DNA of 64,000 bases from contig CAVVSY010000012.1 in the NCBI GenBank assembly GCA_963751005.1, forward strand, positions 380,565 through 444,564, in the 5' to 3' direction. The position numbers and the translations under genes are program-made. Positions 36,201 to 46,921 of this stretch are shown in pieces (the first letter of the stretch is position 1; every line of letters begins with the position of its first letter). Source of the DNA: an uncultured bacterium (GTDB lineage: Bacteria > Actinomycetota > Acidimicrobiia > Spongiisociales > ZC4RG35). A model generated the notes under the pieces. That model saw nothing but the letters and a program-made list of their open reading frames with translations. It did no database searches and had not been told where the DNA came from.

Positions 36201-37055
36201 AGGGCGTCGATCATCTGGCCTCGCTCCAGCTCCCGACCCACGAACGGCGCATCGGTGCGCCGCCCCAACATCACGGCTCGCTCGCCCTCGCGGAGGGGTC
36301 TGACCCCGACCCTGCGCTGGGTCATGATCTTCTCGTAGAGCTCGACCGTGGGAGCGGAAGGCTCCGCCCCCAGCTCCTCCTCGAGCACCGACCGGCACCG
36401 CTCGAACTGGTCGATGGCCTCCGTGGTGCGGCCCAGGAGGAAGCTGAGGCGCATCACTTCCTGATGCGCCTCTTCGCTCAACGGATCGTGGTGGGTGAGA
36501 CGACGGGCGACCGACAGGGCGTCCTCGTATGCGGCGTTGGCCTTGTTGGCGTCGACCAAGCGTCGCAGGGCCGTCAGGTACCGGCGTCGCAGGTGGTCCT
36601 GCTCGATCATGACCCAGTCATCGAAGAAGCCGGCCAGGAAATCGCCGCGGTAGAGGTCGACACAGGAGCGGAGACGGGCCACCTGATCATCGTCGTGACG
36701 GGGATCGGCCGGTCCCGGCTCGAAACTCTCCTCGAACACGGTGACGTCCAGCCAGTGGGGTGCATCCCTGTTGAAGGACAGCGTGTCGGTCGTGGCGTTC
36801 AGGTAGGAGACGTCGTCGGTGTTGACCACATCCTGGATCTGCCACAACGTGTGGCTGAGCCGTCGTCGGGCCCGGCTCTCCGGCAGATCGGGCCAGAAGA
36901 TCCCGGCCAGATGGTCACGCTACTGAGGGCGCTCGGCATGCATCACCAGGTAGGCGAAGAGAGACCTGCCGGCGCGGGAAGCAATGGGGGGAGCGCGACG
37001 GTGCCTCGCTGCAGGAGGAACTCCGCCGAACAGGTGGATACTGGAGCAGCTCCAC
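33212..37055 (-). CDS. large SARP/STAND-like regulator: wHTH-BTAD-AAA ATPase-TPR-C-terminal HTH (several frameshifts, one in-frame TAG at 36920-36922)
   Basis: HLFGG..SLFAYL..FWPD; LYRGDFL, DPLSEEAH; FVGR..GEPGVGKT, IIDDVHWAD, TGGN; helical repeats; LAVSPSTIRRDL. Confidence 0.85.
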
Positions 37056-37135
37056 ACCATGACGCTATCCGGAATGGGCCCACGGATAGGAGGTCCAATC
37101 CCTTGCCGGCGAAAGCCTGCGGGCAAACGATCTTG

Positions 37136-37208
37136 CAGTCCCGACCGGATTCGAACCGGCGTTTCCGGCTTGAAAGGCCGGCGTCCTAGGCCACTGGACG
37201 ACGGGACC
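37136..37208 (-). tRNA. tRNA-Glu (TTC)
   Basis: GGTCCCG acceptor, CT-TTC-AA loop, GGTTCGAATCC; CCA not encoded; follows gltX. Confidence 0.95.
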
Positions 37209-37241
37209 GGGTGCAGGAGAAAGGTTACGCCGAGCCGGAGG

Positions 37242-38668
37242 TCAGCCCAACTCTCTGCGAGCCCGGTCGATTCGCTCCAGGGTCTTGTCCCGGCCCAGGG
37301 CCGTGATCGATTCGAACAAGGGTGGGCTCACCGACGAGCCGGTCACCGCGACCCGAAGCGGTTGAAAGACCTTTCCGGCGCCGATTCCGAGCTCTTCGGG
37401 GAGGGCGCGCAAGGCGCTCTCGATCGTGACGACCTCCCAGGGCTCGGCACCTGCGATCGCGGCGCCGCCCCGCCTCGAGGACCGCCGCCACCTCGTCTCT
37501 CCGCATCACCTTCTCCCAGGACTCGGCGTCGTACTCGGCGAAGTCCTCGAAGAGGAAGACGACCTGGGCCCCGGCCTCGGGAAGGAGCCTGGTCCTCTCC
37601 TGGACCAACGGTGCCATTGAGACGAAAGTGCGCCCACTCGTCCGGCTCCAGGCTGCGGCCGAGCACGTCCTCGACGAACGGCCGAACCATGTCGGCGAAG
37701 GCACCGGCGTCCATGGCCCTGATGTACTCGCCATTCATCCAGGTGAGCTTGTCGGGGTCGAATGCCGCCGGGTTGCGGGAGACGTCGGACGAGGTCGAAC
37801 TTCTCCACGGCCAGCGCCCGATCGAAGATCGTGGTCTCGCCGTCGGGCGACCACCCCAGGATCGCCAGGTAGTTGAAGACGGCGTCGGGAAGGAACCCCG
37901 CCTCCCGATACTCCGACAGCGCCGTCGCCCCGTGCCGTTTCGACAGCTTCTTCCCGTCGGTCCCGAAGAGGAGCGGCAGATGGGCGTAGATCGGGGCCTC
38001 TCCGCCCAGGGCCCGGGTGAGCAGGATGTGCTTCGGGGTGGAGGGGAGGAGGTCCTCACCACGGGCGACGTGGGTGATCTCGTAGTCGATGTCGTCGACC
38101 ATCGACGCCAGGTGATAGGTGGGGGTGCGGTTGCTGCGCAGGATGACGAAGTCGTCGATGTCGGCGGGGGCGAACGAGAGGTCTCCCCTGATGACGTCGT
38201 TGAACTCGACGGGGCCGTCCTGCGGGATCGACAGACGGATGACGCCATCGTCACGTTCGATGTCGGGACGACGGATGTAGTGCCCCGGGTGCCTTCCCTC
38301 GCTCCTGGGCCCGCTGCCGAAGTCCATCGAGCTCTTCGGGAGATCGATCGTCGAAGTAGGCGTGCCCCGACGCCACCAAGGATTCTGCGAGCTCCGCATA
38401 GCGGTCGAGCCGGTCGCTCTGGCGGTAGGTGCCATGCGGCCCCCCGACCTCGATGCCCTCGTCCCAGTCGAGCTCGAGCCAGCGGAACGAACGAGAGGAT
38501 CTCGTCCTCGAACTCCTTCGTGGATCGCTCCAGATCGGTGTCGTCGATGCGGACGATGAATGTGCCGCCGGTGTGCCGTGCGTAGAGCCAGTTGTAGAGG
38601 GCGGCACGGGCCGTGCCGACGTGGAGGAAGCCGGTTGGAGACGGGGCCATTCGCACCCGAACCGTCAT
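37242..38668 (-). CDS. gltX: glutamate-tRNA ligase (frameshifted)
   Basis: [39 protein letters not shown]. Confidence 0.95.
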
Positions 38669-39430
38669 GGCGACACGACAGGGTTGGCGAGGATCCCGAT
38701 CCCGTCGACCTCGACCTCCATCAAGTCCCCGACCTCGACCTTGCCGACGCCAGACGGTGTCCCGGTGAGCACGACGTCGCCGGGGAGGAGGGTGGTGAAG
38801 GCGCGTGATGTACTCGATCAGCTCGCCGACCCCGAAGACCATGTCGGAGGTGAACCCGGCCTGGCGCACCTCGCCGTTGACCCGGCAGATGACAGCGAGC
38901 CGCTCCAACGGATCGAGCTCGGTCTCGATGGCCGGGCCCGAGCGGGCAGAAGGTGTCGAACCCCTTGGCCCTGGTCCACTGGCGATCACTTGCCTGCAGA
39001 TCCCGTGCGGTGACGTCGTTGGCCGCGGTGTATCCGAAGATGTACTGCGAGGCGTCCTCCGCCTTGACGTTGCGGGCCGGTTTGCTGATGACGACCGCCA
39101 GTTCCGCCTCATGGTGGAGCTCGTTGCTGATCGCGGGGTGGACGACGTTGGCGTTGGGGCCGACCACCGAGGTCGCCGGTTTCATGAAGATGAGCGGCTC
39201 GTCGGGGAGTGGCGTTACCCATCTCGTTGGCGTGGTCCTCGTAGTTCCTGCCCAACGCAGAGGACCTTGGTGGGGAACACCGGCGCGAGCAGAGTCACCG
39301 AGGGCCAAGGGACGACGACCTCGGTCGGCTCCCACGCCACGAAAGGAGAGCCCCGATAGACGAGGACACCCTCGGTGTCGGCCACGCCGTAGGCGATGTC
39401 GTCACCGGATTTGATTCGAACGACCTTCAT
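38665..39430 (-). CDS. fumarylacetoacetate hydrolase-family protein (frameshifted)
   Basis: [33 protein letters not shown]. Confidence 0.9.
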
Positions 39431-39460
39431 TGGGAACGAGACGCTACCTAACCCGGCGGC

Positions 39461-39946
39461 TCAGGCCCAGATTCCGAGCCGGGCGGTCAACTCGTCAGGT
39501 TTCAGGACCAGCAATGCCCGATCCACCTCGGCGACTGCAGTCGCACCGGGACGCTGCTCATGGGGCGATGCCTGCAGCCACCGCTCCCGTCGCTCGATCG
39601 ACATCCTCGGAGACGGGGATATCCGTATCCGAGCAGCAGGAGGGCGACTTCGATGTCCTCGGGGACCGGCGCCCTTCCCAACGCCGCAGCTCGGGCCAGG
39701 GTCAGCCCGGCCACGACGGCATGCAGGCCGACGTCGTCACTCGGGAGCTCCGATCTGGGCGAGGAGCTCGCAGACCCCAACCCGGGTCGGGGCCCGGTGG
39801 TGCCGTAGAAGCCACCGCCTGCCGATCGGTCGGGGCGCCTCGGCTATGCCCGGTTTGCCGGATCGCCAGCGGACGGCAGGGCCGGGCTCCAGCAACCGAC
39901 GCGGCTGTTCGCCCTCGGTGATCTCGACATTCGGTTGTTGGGCCAT
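39461..39946 (-). CDS. hypothetical protein (frameshifted)
   Basis: MAQQPNVEI start coupled to ilvE stop; ARAAALGRAPVPEDIEVA segment. Confidence 0.55.
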
Positions 39947-40864
39947 CAGACGAAGGCCAACCAGTGCCCGTAGTCGTCGAGCTTGCCGGCCACGGCTGCC
40001 CCAAACAGCTCCTGGGCCTTCTTCGTCACCGGGCCACGGCTTCCTTCGCCGATGATCCGGCGGTCGACCGAGCGGATCGGGGTCACCTCGGCGGCGGTGC
40101 CGGTCAGGAAGATCTCTTCGGCCGCATACAGGGCGCCACGAGCCAGGTCGGTCTCCCGGACCTCGACCCCCTCGTCGGCGAGCAACTCGATCACCGAGTT
40201 CCTGGTGATGCCCTCGAGGATGCCCGCGGAGATCGGCGGGGTGTAGACCGCGCCCTGGCTGACCACGAAGAGATTCATCCCGCTGCCCTCGGAGACCGAA
40301 CCGGCGTCGTTGAGGAGGATCGCCTCGTCGAAACCGGCAGCAAGCGCCTCCTGCTTGGCCAGAACCGAGTTGAGATACCCGCCGGAGCCCTTGGCGGTGG
40401 GGATCAATGAGGTGTGCGAGATCCGACGCCAGCTGGAGACCATGGTGTCGATGCCCTTCTCTGCCGCGTCGTCGCCCAGGTAGGCGCCCCATGGGAACGC
40501 CGCCATCATCGCCACGACCTCGTTCTTCGCCGGGTTGACGCCGATCGAGCCCCCGCCGTAGAACACCATCGGCCTGATGTAGGCGGACTCGAGACTGGTC
40601 TCGCGGAGCAGGTGGAGGCACGCCTCGTCCCACTCATCCACGCTGTGCCGCATCGGGATCCCGATAGGCACGGGCCGAGGCGTCGAGACGAACCATGTGC
40701 TCACGCAGTCGGAATACGGCGGTTCCCTCCGGGGTGTTGTAGGCCCGGATGCCCTCGAACACACCGGTCCCATAGTGGAGGGCGTGTGAGAGGAAGTGGA
40801 CCTTGGCGCTCTCCCAAGGGACGAGCTCGCCATCGCTCCAGATGTGTGATGCCGTTTCCATCAC
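39946..40864 (-). CDS. ilvE: branched-chain amino acid aminotransferase (frameshift near 40660)
   Basis: LHYGTGVFEG, AYIRP, EGSGMN, LEGITR, GTAAEVTP. Confidence 0.95.
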
Positions 40865-40933
40865 GCAAGGCTATACGCGACCGTTCGCTTGCGAAACCCG
40901 GTTCTAGGCTCGCCCCGATGCGTCGTGGCCCCA

Positions 40934-41393
40934 ATGCATAAGGTCGTTGCCTCCTGGTTCGGCGCGGGCCTCATCCTGGGCAGGCTGCGGGGAAGTCACC
41001 TGGGCTCGGGGACCGTCGGAGCCGCCGTTGCCTTCCCCATGGCCTTGCTCATCGGGGAGTGGTGGGGATGGCAGGCGCAGATCGTGGCCGCCCTGGTCGT
41101 AGTCGGGCTCTCCCTGTGGTCGGCGTGCCCACTTCGTCACCGACGAGGGCGACGCCGGATGGATCTGCGCCGACGAGGCCGCCGGAACCTTCATCGCCGT
41201 GATCGGGCTCCCCTTGTGGCCTTGGGCGGTCGTCGCCTGGGTGGTATTCCGGGCCGCCGACATCTTCAAGGAGTTCGCCCCCGGGGTGGCCCAGGCCGAG
41301 AACCTCCCCGGTGCGGTCGGGATCACCGCCGACGACGTCGTCGCCGGTGTCTACGGGCTCGTCGTCGGCCATACATTGCTGGCATTGCTCTAG
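40934..41393 (+). CDS. pgpA: phosphatidylglycerophosphatase A family (frameshift)
   Basis: GSGTVG, DEAAG, FRAADIFK, GITADDVVAG. Confidence 0.8.
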
Positions 41394-41402
41394 ATTCAGG
41401 CC

Positions 41403-41843
41403 ATGGATTGGACGATTGCAACGGTGGTGGCAGGTGTCGACGGCTCGGAAGGGAGCAAGCGGGCCGCGGCGCATGCCGTGGTGATCGCCCGACGCTGGCA
41501 GGCGAAGTTGAAGCTGGTGACGGTGGTTCGCACCCCCGAAGGGTGGTGGGGGCTGGGCGGCGCACCTCCCAGCCCTGAGGCACTGTCGACCGCACTCGTC
41601 GAAGGCCAGCAGATGATCCTCCGGGAGTTCGAGCAAGAGCTCGAGCTGCACGGGGTCGACTACGAGACGGTCGAAGAGCTGGGTGACCCCGTCGGGCGTC
41701 TCATCGCCGTCTGCGAGGACTCCTCGGCAGACCTACTGGTGATCGGTCGTCGCGGCGCCGGCTTTGCCGAGCGGGTCATCCTCGGCTCGACAGCCGACCG
41801 GCTGACCCATCTCGCCGAGTGCCCGGTGCTGGTCGTTCCCTGA
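41403..41843 (+). CDS. universal stress protein
   Basis: GVDGS, GDP, IGRRG, LGSTA, CPVLVVP. Confidence 0.93.
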   Translation: MDWTIATVVAGVDGSEGSKRAAAHAVVIARRWQAKLKLVTVVRTPEGWWGLGGAPPSPEALSTALVEGQQMILREFEQELELHGVDYETVEELGDPVGRLIAVCEDSSADLLVIGRRGAGFAERVILGSTADRLTHLAECPVLVVP

Positions 41844-41864
41844 CCAGCCCGATGGCCGAGACGT

Positions 41865-42149
41865 TCAGGACTCGACCCGCACCCCGCGCCAGAAGGCGAT
41901 GCGATCTTCGATCTCGGCGGCGGCCGGAGCCGGTGTCGGGTAGTACCACGCCGCGTCCCGGTTGACCTGACCGTCGACCACCACGTCGAAGTAGCTGGCG
42001 GTTCCCTTCCAATAGCACCGGGTGTGGGTCTCGGAATCGGCCAGGTGCTCGGGTTTGACCGCACTGCGGGGGAAATAGTGATTGCCTTCGACCACGACGG
42101 TGTCCTCGCTCTCGGCGATGACGACACCATTCCACGACGCTCTCACCAT
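41865..42149 (-). CDS. DUF427 family protein
   Basis: VIAES..VEGNHYFP, CYWKG.ASY, AAWYYP. Confidence 0.9.
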   Translation of the reverse strand: MVRASWNGVVIAESEDTVVVEGNHYFPRSAVKPEHLADSETHTRCYWKGTASYFDVVVDGQVNRDAAWYYPTPAPAAAEIEDRIAFWRGVRVES

Positions 42150-42200
42150 GTCGCGATGGAACCTGACCGGGATCACGGCTATTCCTCCTACCCTCGCCCC

Positions 42201-42800
42201 GTGCCCCGAACCGGCCTCATAGCCGCCCCGATGATCGCGATCGTGCCGGTCAAGTCGTTCCGGCACGGCAAACAACGGCTGGCCCCTCTGCTGACCCCAG
42301 ATCAACGGCACGACCTGGCTCGCGACCTCGCCACCCATGTGACCTCGACTGCCGAACGCGCCGGGATGTCTCCCATAGTGGTGACAGCCGACGACGAGGT
42401 CGCCGAATGGGCGAAGGCATCGGGACACAGCCTGCTCTCCGACCCGGGCACCGGGCTCGACGACGCCGCCGCCGCAGGCGTGGATCACGTCGTGAGATCG
42501 GAGAGCCCATGGCTGATCCTCCACTCCGACCTCCCCCTACTGGGTGCGGACGACCTGCAGGCTCTGGCTCACGTCTTGTTGGGCGGATCGCCGGTGATCG
42601 CCCCTTCGTCGGACGGGGGCACCTCCGCCATCGGATCGACCGGGCCCTTCCGCTTCTCGTTCGGCCCGGGCAGCTTCCATCGTCATCTCGCCCGTCTCCC
42701 GACACCCGTCGTCGTGACTCGCACCGGGCTGCTCCTCGACGTGGACACTCCCGACGACCTGGTCGCAGCGCGGGCGATCGAGGAGTGGGCCCGCCGATGA
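42201..42800 (+). CDS. cofC: F420 biosynthesis guanylyltransferase CofC/FbiD (alternative start 42231)
   Basis: IVPVK..KQRL, DLP, DGGT, FGPGSF.RH, DVDTPDDL. Confidence 0.9.
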   Translation: MPRTGLIAAPMIAIVPVKSFRHGKQRLAPLLTPDQRHDLARDLATHVTSTAERAGMSPIVVTADDEVAEWAKASGHSLLSDPGTGLDDAAAAGVDHVVRSESPWLILHSDLPLLGADDLQALAHVLLGGSPVIAPSSDGGTSAIGSTGPFRFSFGPGSFHRHLARLPTPVVVTRTGLLLDVDTPDDLVAARAIEEWARR

Positions 42801-43973
42801 CGAAGACTCGGCTGGTCCGAGAATGGCTCCGCTCGGGTGTCGAGGCGGTGGCACCGGAGACGGTGACCCGGCTCGCCCTGGCGTCGCATCGCGGTCCCCT
42901 GCGCCTGATCGCCATCGGCAAGGCGGCGCCGGCGATGTGTCGCGGGGCTCACGAGGCGGTGGGCGAGGTGTCCGGGATCTGTGTCACCGACCATGAGGAG
43001 CCTGTGCCCCCCGGTGTCGACCTTCTCCTGGGCGACCACCCGGTTCCTGGTGATCTGAGTCTCGCTGCCGGTCGGCGCGCCCTCGAGCTCGCGCCCGACG
43101 CCGATCTCGCCCTGATCAGCGGCGGCGGCTCCGCCCTGTGCGAGGTGCCCATCGACGGGGTCGACATCGGCTTTGTCGCCCATGTCACGGAGAGGCTCCT
43201 CGACCTAGGCGCCGACATCGAGGAGGTCAACCTGGTCCGGGGTCACCTGTCGCGTGTCAAGGCGGGCGGGCTCGGCCCGCTCCCCACCTACCTGATCTCC
43301 GACGTCGGGCCCTGGGGCCAGGCGGTGGTGTCATCCGGCCCGACCCTCCCCCACCATCCCGATCCCGAGCGGGCGATCGCGGTGATCCGAAAGGTCGGAG
43401 TCGACGTGCCGGTGGACATCGAGCAGGCGATCCGGGCCCGCCGCGTTCACCACCCGGATACCGGAGACGGTGGTGACACTCGCCGACGGGCGCACTGCCG
43501 CTGCTGCCGTGGCCCGGGCAGCGTCGGGCTATGGGCTCCACTCCCGAGTGAGCGACGGGTGGCTGACGGGAGCCGTGGAGGGTTGTGTCGCCGAATTCAT
43601 CGAAAAGGCCGCCGCTGGCGTCACCGTCGCCGCCGGGGAGCCGGGTGTCACCGTGAGGGGTGACGGCAGGGGCGGTCGCAACACGCATGCCGCTCTGCTG
43701 GCGGCGGAGAGCATCGCCGGCACCGGGTGGGTCTTCGCAGCGCTCGCCACCGACGGCGTCGACGGGCGGTCCGGCTCGGCCGGGGCCGTGGTCGACGGCA
43801 CCACGGTGCATCGGGGCGGCGACCCGTCTCTGGCTTTGGAGACGAGCGACTCCGCCTCCTATCTCGACAGGACCGGTGACCTGATCCCCAATGGCGCCAC
43901 CGGGACCAATGTGGCCGATGTCTGGCTCGTGTGGAAGCCGGACGGGCAGCCAGAACCTATATTGACCTCGTGA
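42797..43973 (+). CDS. glycerate 2-kinase (MOFRL family; frameshift near 43465)
   Basis: GKAA, HPVP, SGGGSAL, SGPT, GGRN, TDGVDG, TGTNVAD. Confidence 0.9.
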
Positions 43974-44674
43974 GCAAAACGGTCCTGATCACTGGCGGCA
44001 CCGGAGGGCTGGGCACTGCCCTGGTCAGACGGCTGATCGACAAGGACTACCGGATCGCCGTCACCTACCTGCTGCCCGACGAGGCACAGGCCTTCGAGTC
44101 GGTGTTCGAGGTCGACGAGGAGCAGATCATGCTCACCCGGGTCGACTGCACCAACGCCGAGGCGGTGAACGGGTTCGTCAAGGATGTGGCCAACCGATGG
44201 GGCGAGATCCACGGGCTCGCCTCGCTGGTCGGGGGCTGGGCCGGAGGCCGAGACATCGAGGAGACCGACGATGTCCGCTTCGAGCGCATGCTCGATCTCA
44301 ACCTGCGCTCGGCGTTCTACGCGGTTCGGGCGACCGTCCCCTACCTCAAGGAGTCCGGGTGGGGCCGCATCGTCCTGGTGGGCAGCCGGGGAGCGGTCGA
44401 CTTCTTCGAAGCACAGGGGGCCTTCAACATCGCCAAGGCCGGCGTCGCCGCATTGGGACGGAGCGTCGCCTCCGAGCTCGACGGCAGCGGGGTGACCGCA
44501 AACGTGCTGATGCCGTCGGTGATCGACACCCCGGCGACGAGAAGGTCTCTCCCCTATGCGGACTACGTCGGCTGGCCGACACCTGACGAGATCGCCGCCG
44601 TGGCCGAGTTCCTGCTCGGGGAGGACTCGGGTGTCATGAATGGGGCCCTGGTCCCCGTCTACGGGCGCGCATAG
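43970..44674 (+). CDS. SDR oxidoreductase
   Basis: TGGTGGLG, FNIAK (Phe where YxxxK Tyr is expected), IDTP. Confidence 0.88.
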   Translation: MSKTVLITGGTGGLGTALVRRLIDKDYRIAVTYLLPDEAQAFESVFEVDEEQIMLTRVDCTNAEAVNGFVKDVANRWGEIHGLASLVGGWAGGRDIEETDDVRFERMLDLNLRSAFYAVRATVPYLKESGWGRIVLVGSRGAVDFFEAQGAFNIAKAGVAALGRSVASELDGSGVTANVLMPSVIDTPATRRSLPYADYVGWPTPDEIAAVAEFLLGEDSGVMNGALVPVYGRA

Positions 44675-45660
44675 AGCTCGATCCAGTCGGCGTGGGGTGC
44701 TGCCATGCCGATCCTCTCCCAACCGGAACCACTGTCGATCTCGACGCCGGCCGCGTCTTCGTCTGCGGTCAGCCACTCCATGGACACCCGATAGACCGGT
44801 CTCCGACTCCCTCAGGTCGGTGAAGACGTCCGCGAGAAGGTCACGGCGTTCCGGCGGCATCTGATTGAGGACGAAGGAGTTGATCACCACGACCGGGTCG
44901 GCGTCTGGCAGCGACCCGACGACACCGGCCAGGGTGTCGATCGCATCGCCGGCGACGAGCCGGGGAGGGTCGGCGGCAGCCAGGGCTAGTGCCGCCTGGA
45001 GCCGCTGTCTGCGGTCGTGGTGCTCGGGCCACACCAACGCCTCCAACCAGAGCCGGTCTTCGGGATCGGTGGCGTCGAGCGGCTCCAAGTCGAGCCCCGT
45101 CCTGGTGAGGGTCGCGACTGGACGCGGGGTGACGGGGCGCCCCACGGCTCTCGGTGGTGAGACGGACGGTGGAGTCAGGACCCCACTCGGTGTCGCCCCA
45201 CTCGTAGTGGTAGCGGAGCATCTGGAGGTTGAGACCGGCGCTGGTCCCGAGGTCCACCAGGTGGAAGCTGTCGACGGGGAGAGCCCAGATCGCCGGGAGC
45301 AGGGCCACACAGCGGCGGCACTCATTGGTCTGGGTTCGGCGATACCGCCCGATCTCGACGAGATCGGAGCGATGCTCCATGACGAAGTGGCGGAACGGTT
45401 CGTCGATGTCATCCGGGTCCCGGGCCGAGGCCGCCAGATTCGGGTAGAACCTGGCCAGGTCCTCTCCGTCTCCCTTCAACAGCAGCAACTGCACCCCGGC
45501 GAGCATGACGTTGGGTCGGGGCGAGCTCTCCATCGCGTTGAGGACGCCCAGCAGATCGGGGTCGGAGGCGATGACTTCGATGAGTCGTCGATACAGGGGC
45601 GAGGCTCCGGCGTATCTCCCCCAGGAACGCGCCTGGTCCGCGGTGAGTGGCGGGGCGTTC
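44659..45660 (-). CDS. DUF2332 family protein (frameshift; start approximate)
   Basis: SPLY, TQTNE.RR, GTSAGLNL, L.ALVWPE. Confidence 0.8.
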
Positions 45661-46318
45661 AGAACACGTCTCTCCGGTACGCCGTCGCCAGCGAGTCGGC
45701 GTACTCGTTCCACCGGTTTCCGCTGTGCGCCTTGATCCATTGGATGTGAGCCGCCGGTCGGGCCCGGGCCAGCTCATAGGCCTCCTTGACCAGCTCCAGG
45801 TTGGCGATGGGCCCGGGAGACTTCTTCTTCCAGCCGTTCGCCTTCCACCCCTGGGCCCACTTGGTGATGATGTCGACGATCAGCTTGGAGTCGGTGTAGA
45901 CGGGGGTCGGAGTGTCGGCCGGGATCATCTTCAACCCGGCGATCATCGCCATCAGCTCCATCCGGTTGTTGGTCGTGTGCGTCTCCGACCCGTAGTCCTC
46001 GTGGATCACCTGACCGTCGACCACCAGCACCGCCCCCCAACCGCCCGGCCCGGGATTGCCCTCGGAGGCGCCATCGGTGAACACCCCTGTCTGCGGCCCG
46101 TCGTGGAACATCGAGAGGACCTCGGCGACGGTGAGGTCCCGGCTCTTGGACACGCTGGGCCGCGACGACGTGGACTGCGCACCGGTCGTGGGAGCGCGTT
46201 TGGTCACTGATGATCCGTCACGACAGTCGAGACATTGCCGGGGCGTCCAACCCGGGTAGCGGTCGAGGACACTCTGCGCCAGCTCGAACTCGGCGCCGCA
46301 GGTCTCACAGGTGAACAT
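45659..46318 (-). CDS. rnhA: ribonuclease HI with N-terminal Cys4 zinc ribbon
   Basis: CETC...CLDC; TDGASEGNPGPGGWG, TTNNRMEL, TDS, WIKAHSG..NEYAD. Confidence 0.9.
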   Translation of the reverse strand: MFTCETCGAEFELAQSVLDRYPGWTPRQCLDCRDGSSVTKRAPTTGAQSTSSRPSVSKSRDLTVAEVLSMFHDGPQTGVFTDGASEGNPGPGGWGAVLVVDGQVIHEDYGSETHTTNNRMELMAMIAGLKMIPADTPTPVYTDSKLIVDIITKWAQGWKANGWKKKSPGPIANLELVKEAYELARARPAAHIQWIKAHSGNRWNEYADSLATAYRRDVF

Positions 46319-46321
46319 CGG

Positions 46322-46921
46322 TCAGGGTGTCTTGGTGAAGACCGAGGAGAACTGGGGAGACTTGATCAGGCTGAACTCATGGGCCGTCTCCTCCAGACCG
46401 AAGGGCTGGGCGAGACGACGCATCTTCGAAGGCCACAGCTTGTGACAATGGACCTGTCTCGCCTTGAACGGCGTGCCGTGGAGGATCACCGACGTGGGGA
46501 TGGCATACAGCCCCATCACCGGCTCGGCGGGATAGACGAATACGGCCTGACCCCCCGGTTTGAGGACCCGGGCGATCTCCGACAGCGCCCCGTCCAGATC
46601 GGGGATGTGCTCGAGGGCGTGGACCGAGATGACGGAGTCGAATGATCCGTCTTCGAACTCGAGCGCCTCGGCCTTCATGTACTTGACCAGGCCGTTGCCG
46701 GCGATCTCCGAGGCGTTGGGGTTGGCGTCGATGCCGATGATGTCGACTCCCTGGTCGGCCAGGGCGCGGGTGAGGTGGCCCTGGCCACAGCCGACCTCGA
46801 GCACCCGGTCGTCCGGGCCGAAATGGGTCAGACGGTTGATCCGTTTGAGATGGGACTCGTCCCAGCGATTCACCAGTGCGTAACGGCGTGAGTCGTAGTC
46901 GGTCACGGTGCCCTCGCTCAC
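46322..46921 (-). CDS. class I SAM-dependent methyltransferase
   Basis: VLEVGCGQG, LEH, RVLKPGG. Confidence 0.88.
   Translation of the reverse strand: MSEGTVTDYDSRRYALVNRWDESHLKRINRLTHFGPDDRVLEVGCGQGHLTRALADQGVDIIGIDANPNASEIAGNGLVKYMKAEALEFEDGSFDSVISVHALEHIPDLDGALSEIARVLKPGGQAVFVYPAEPVMGLYAIPTSVILHGTPFKARQVHCHKLWPSKMRRLAQPFGLEETAHEFSLIKSPQFSSVFTKTP

Noticed and set aside
36920-36922. In-frame stop in the regulator as a recoding site
   Set aside because: The codon is TAG, not TGA, so tRNA-Sec is irrelevant. No pyrrolysine genes were seen. Likely a base-call error.
37136-37208. Island integrated at tRNA-Glu carrying the regulator/peptide locus
   Set aside because: No integrase, no duplicated tRNA 3' end seen, and composition looks like the flanks.
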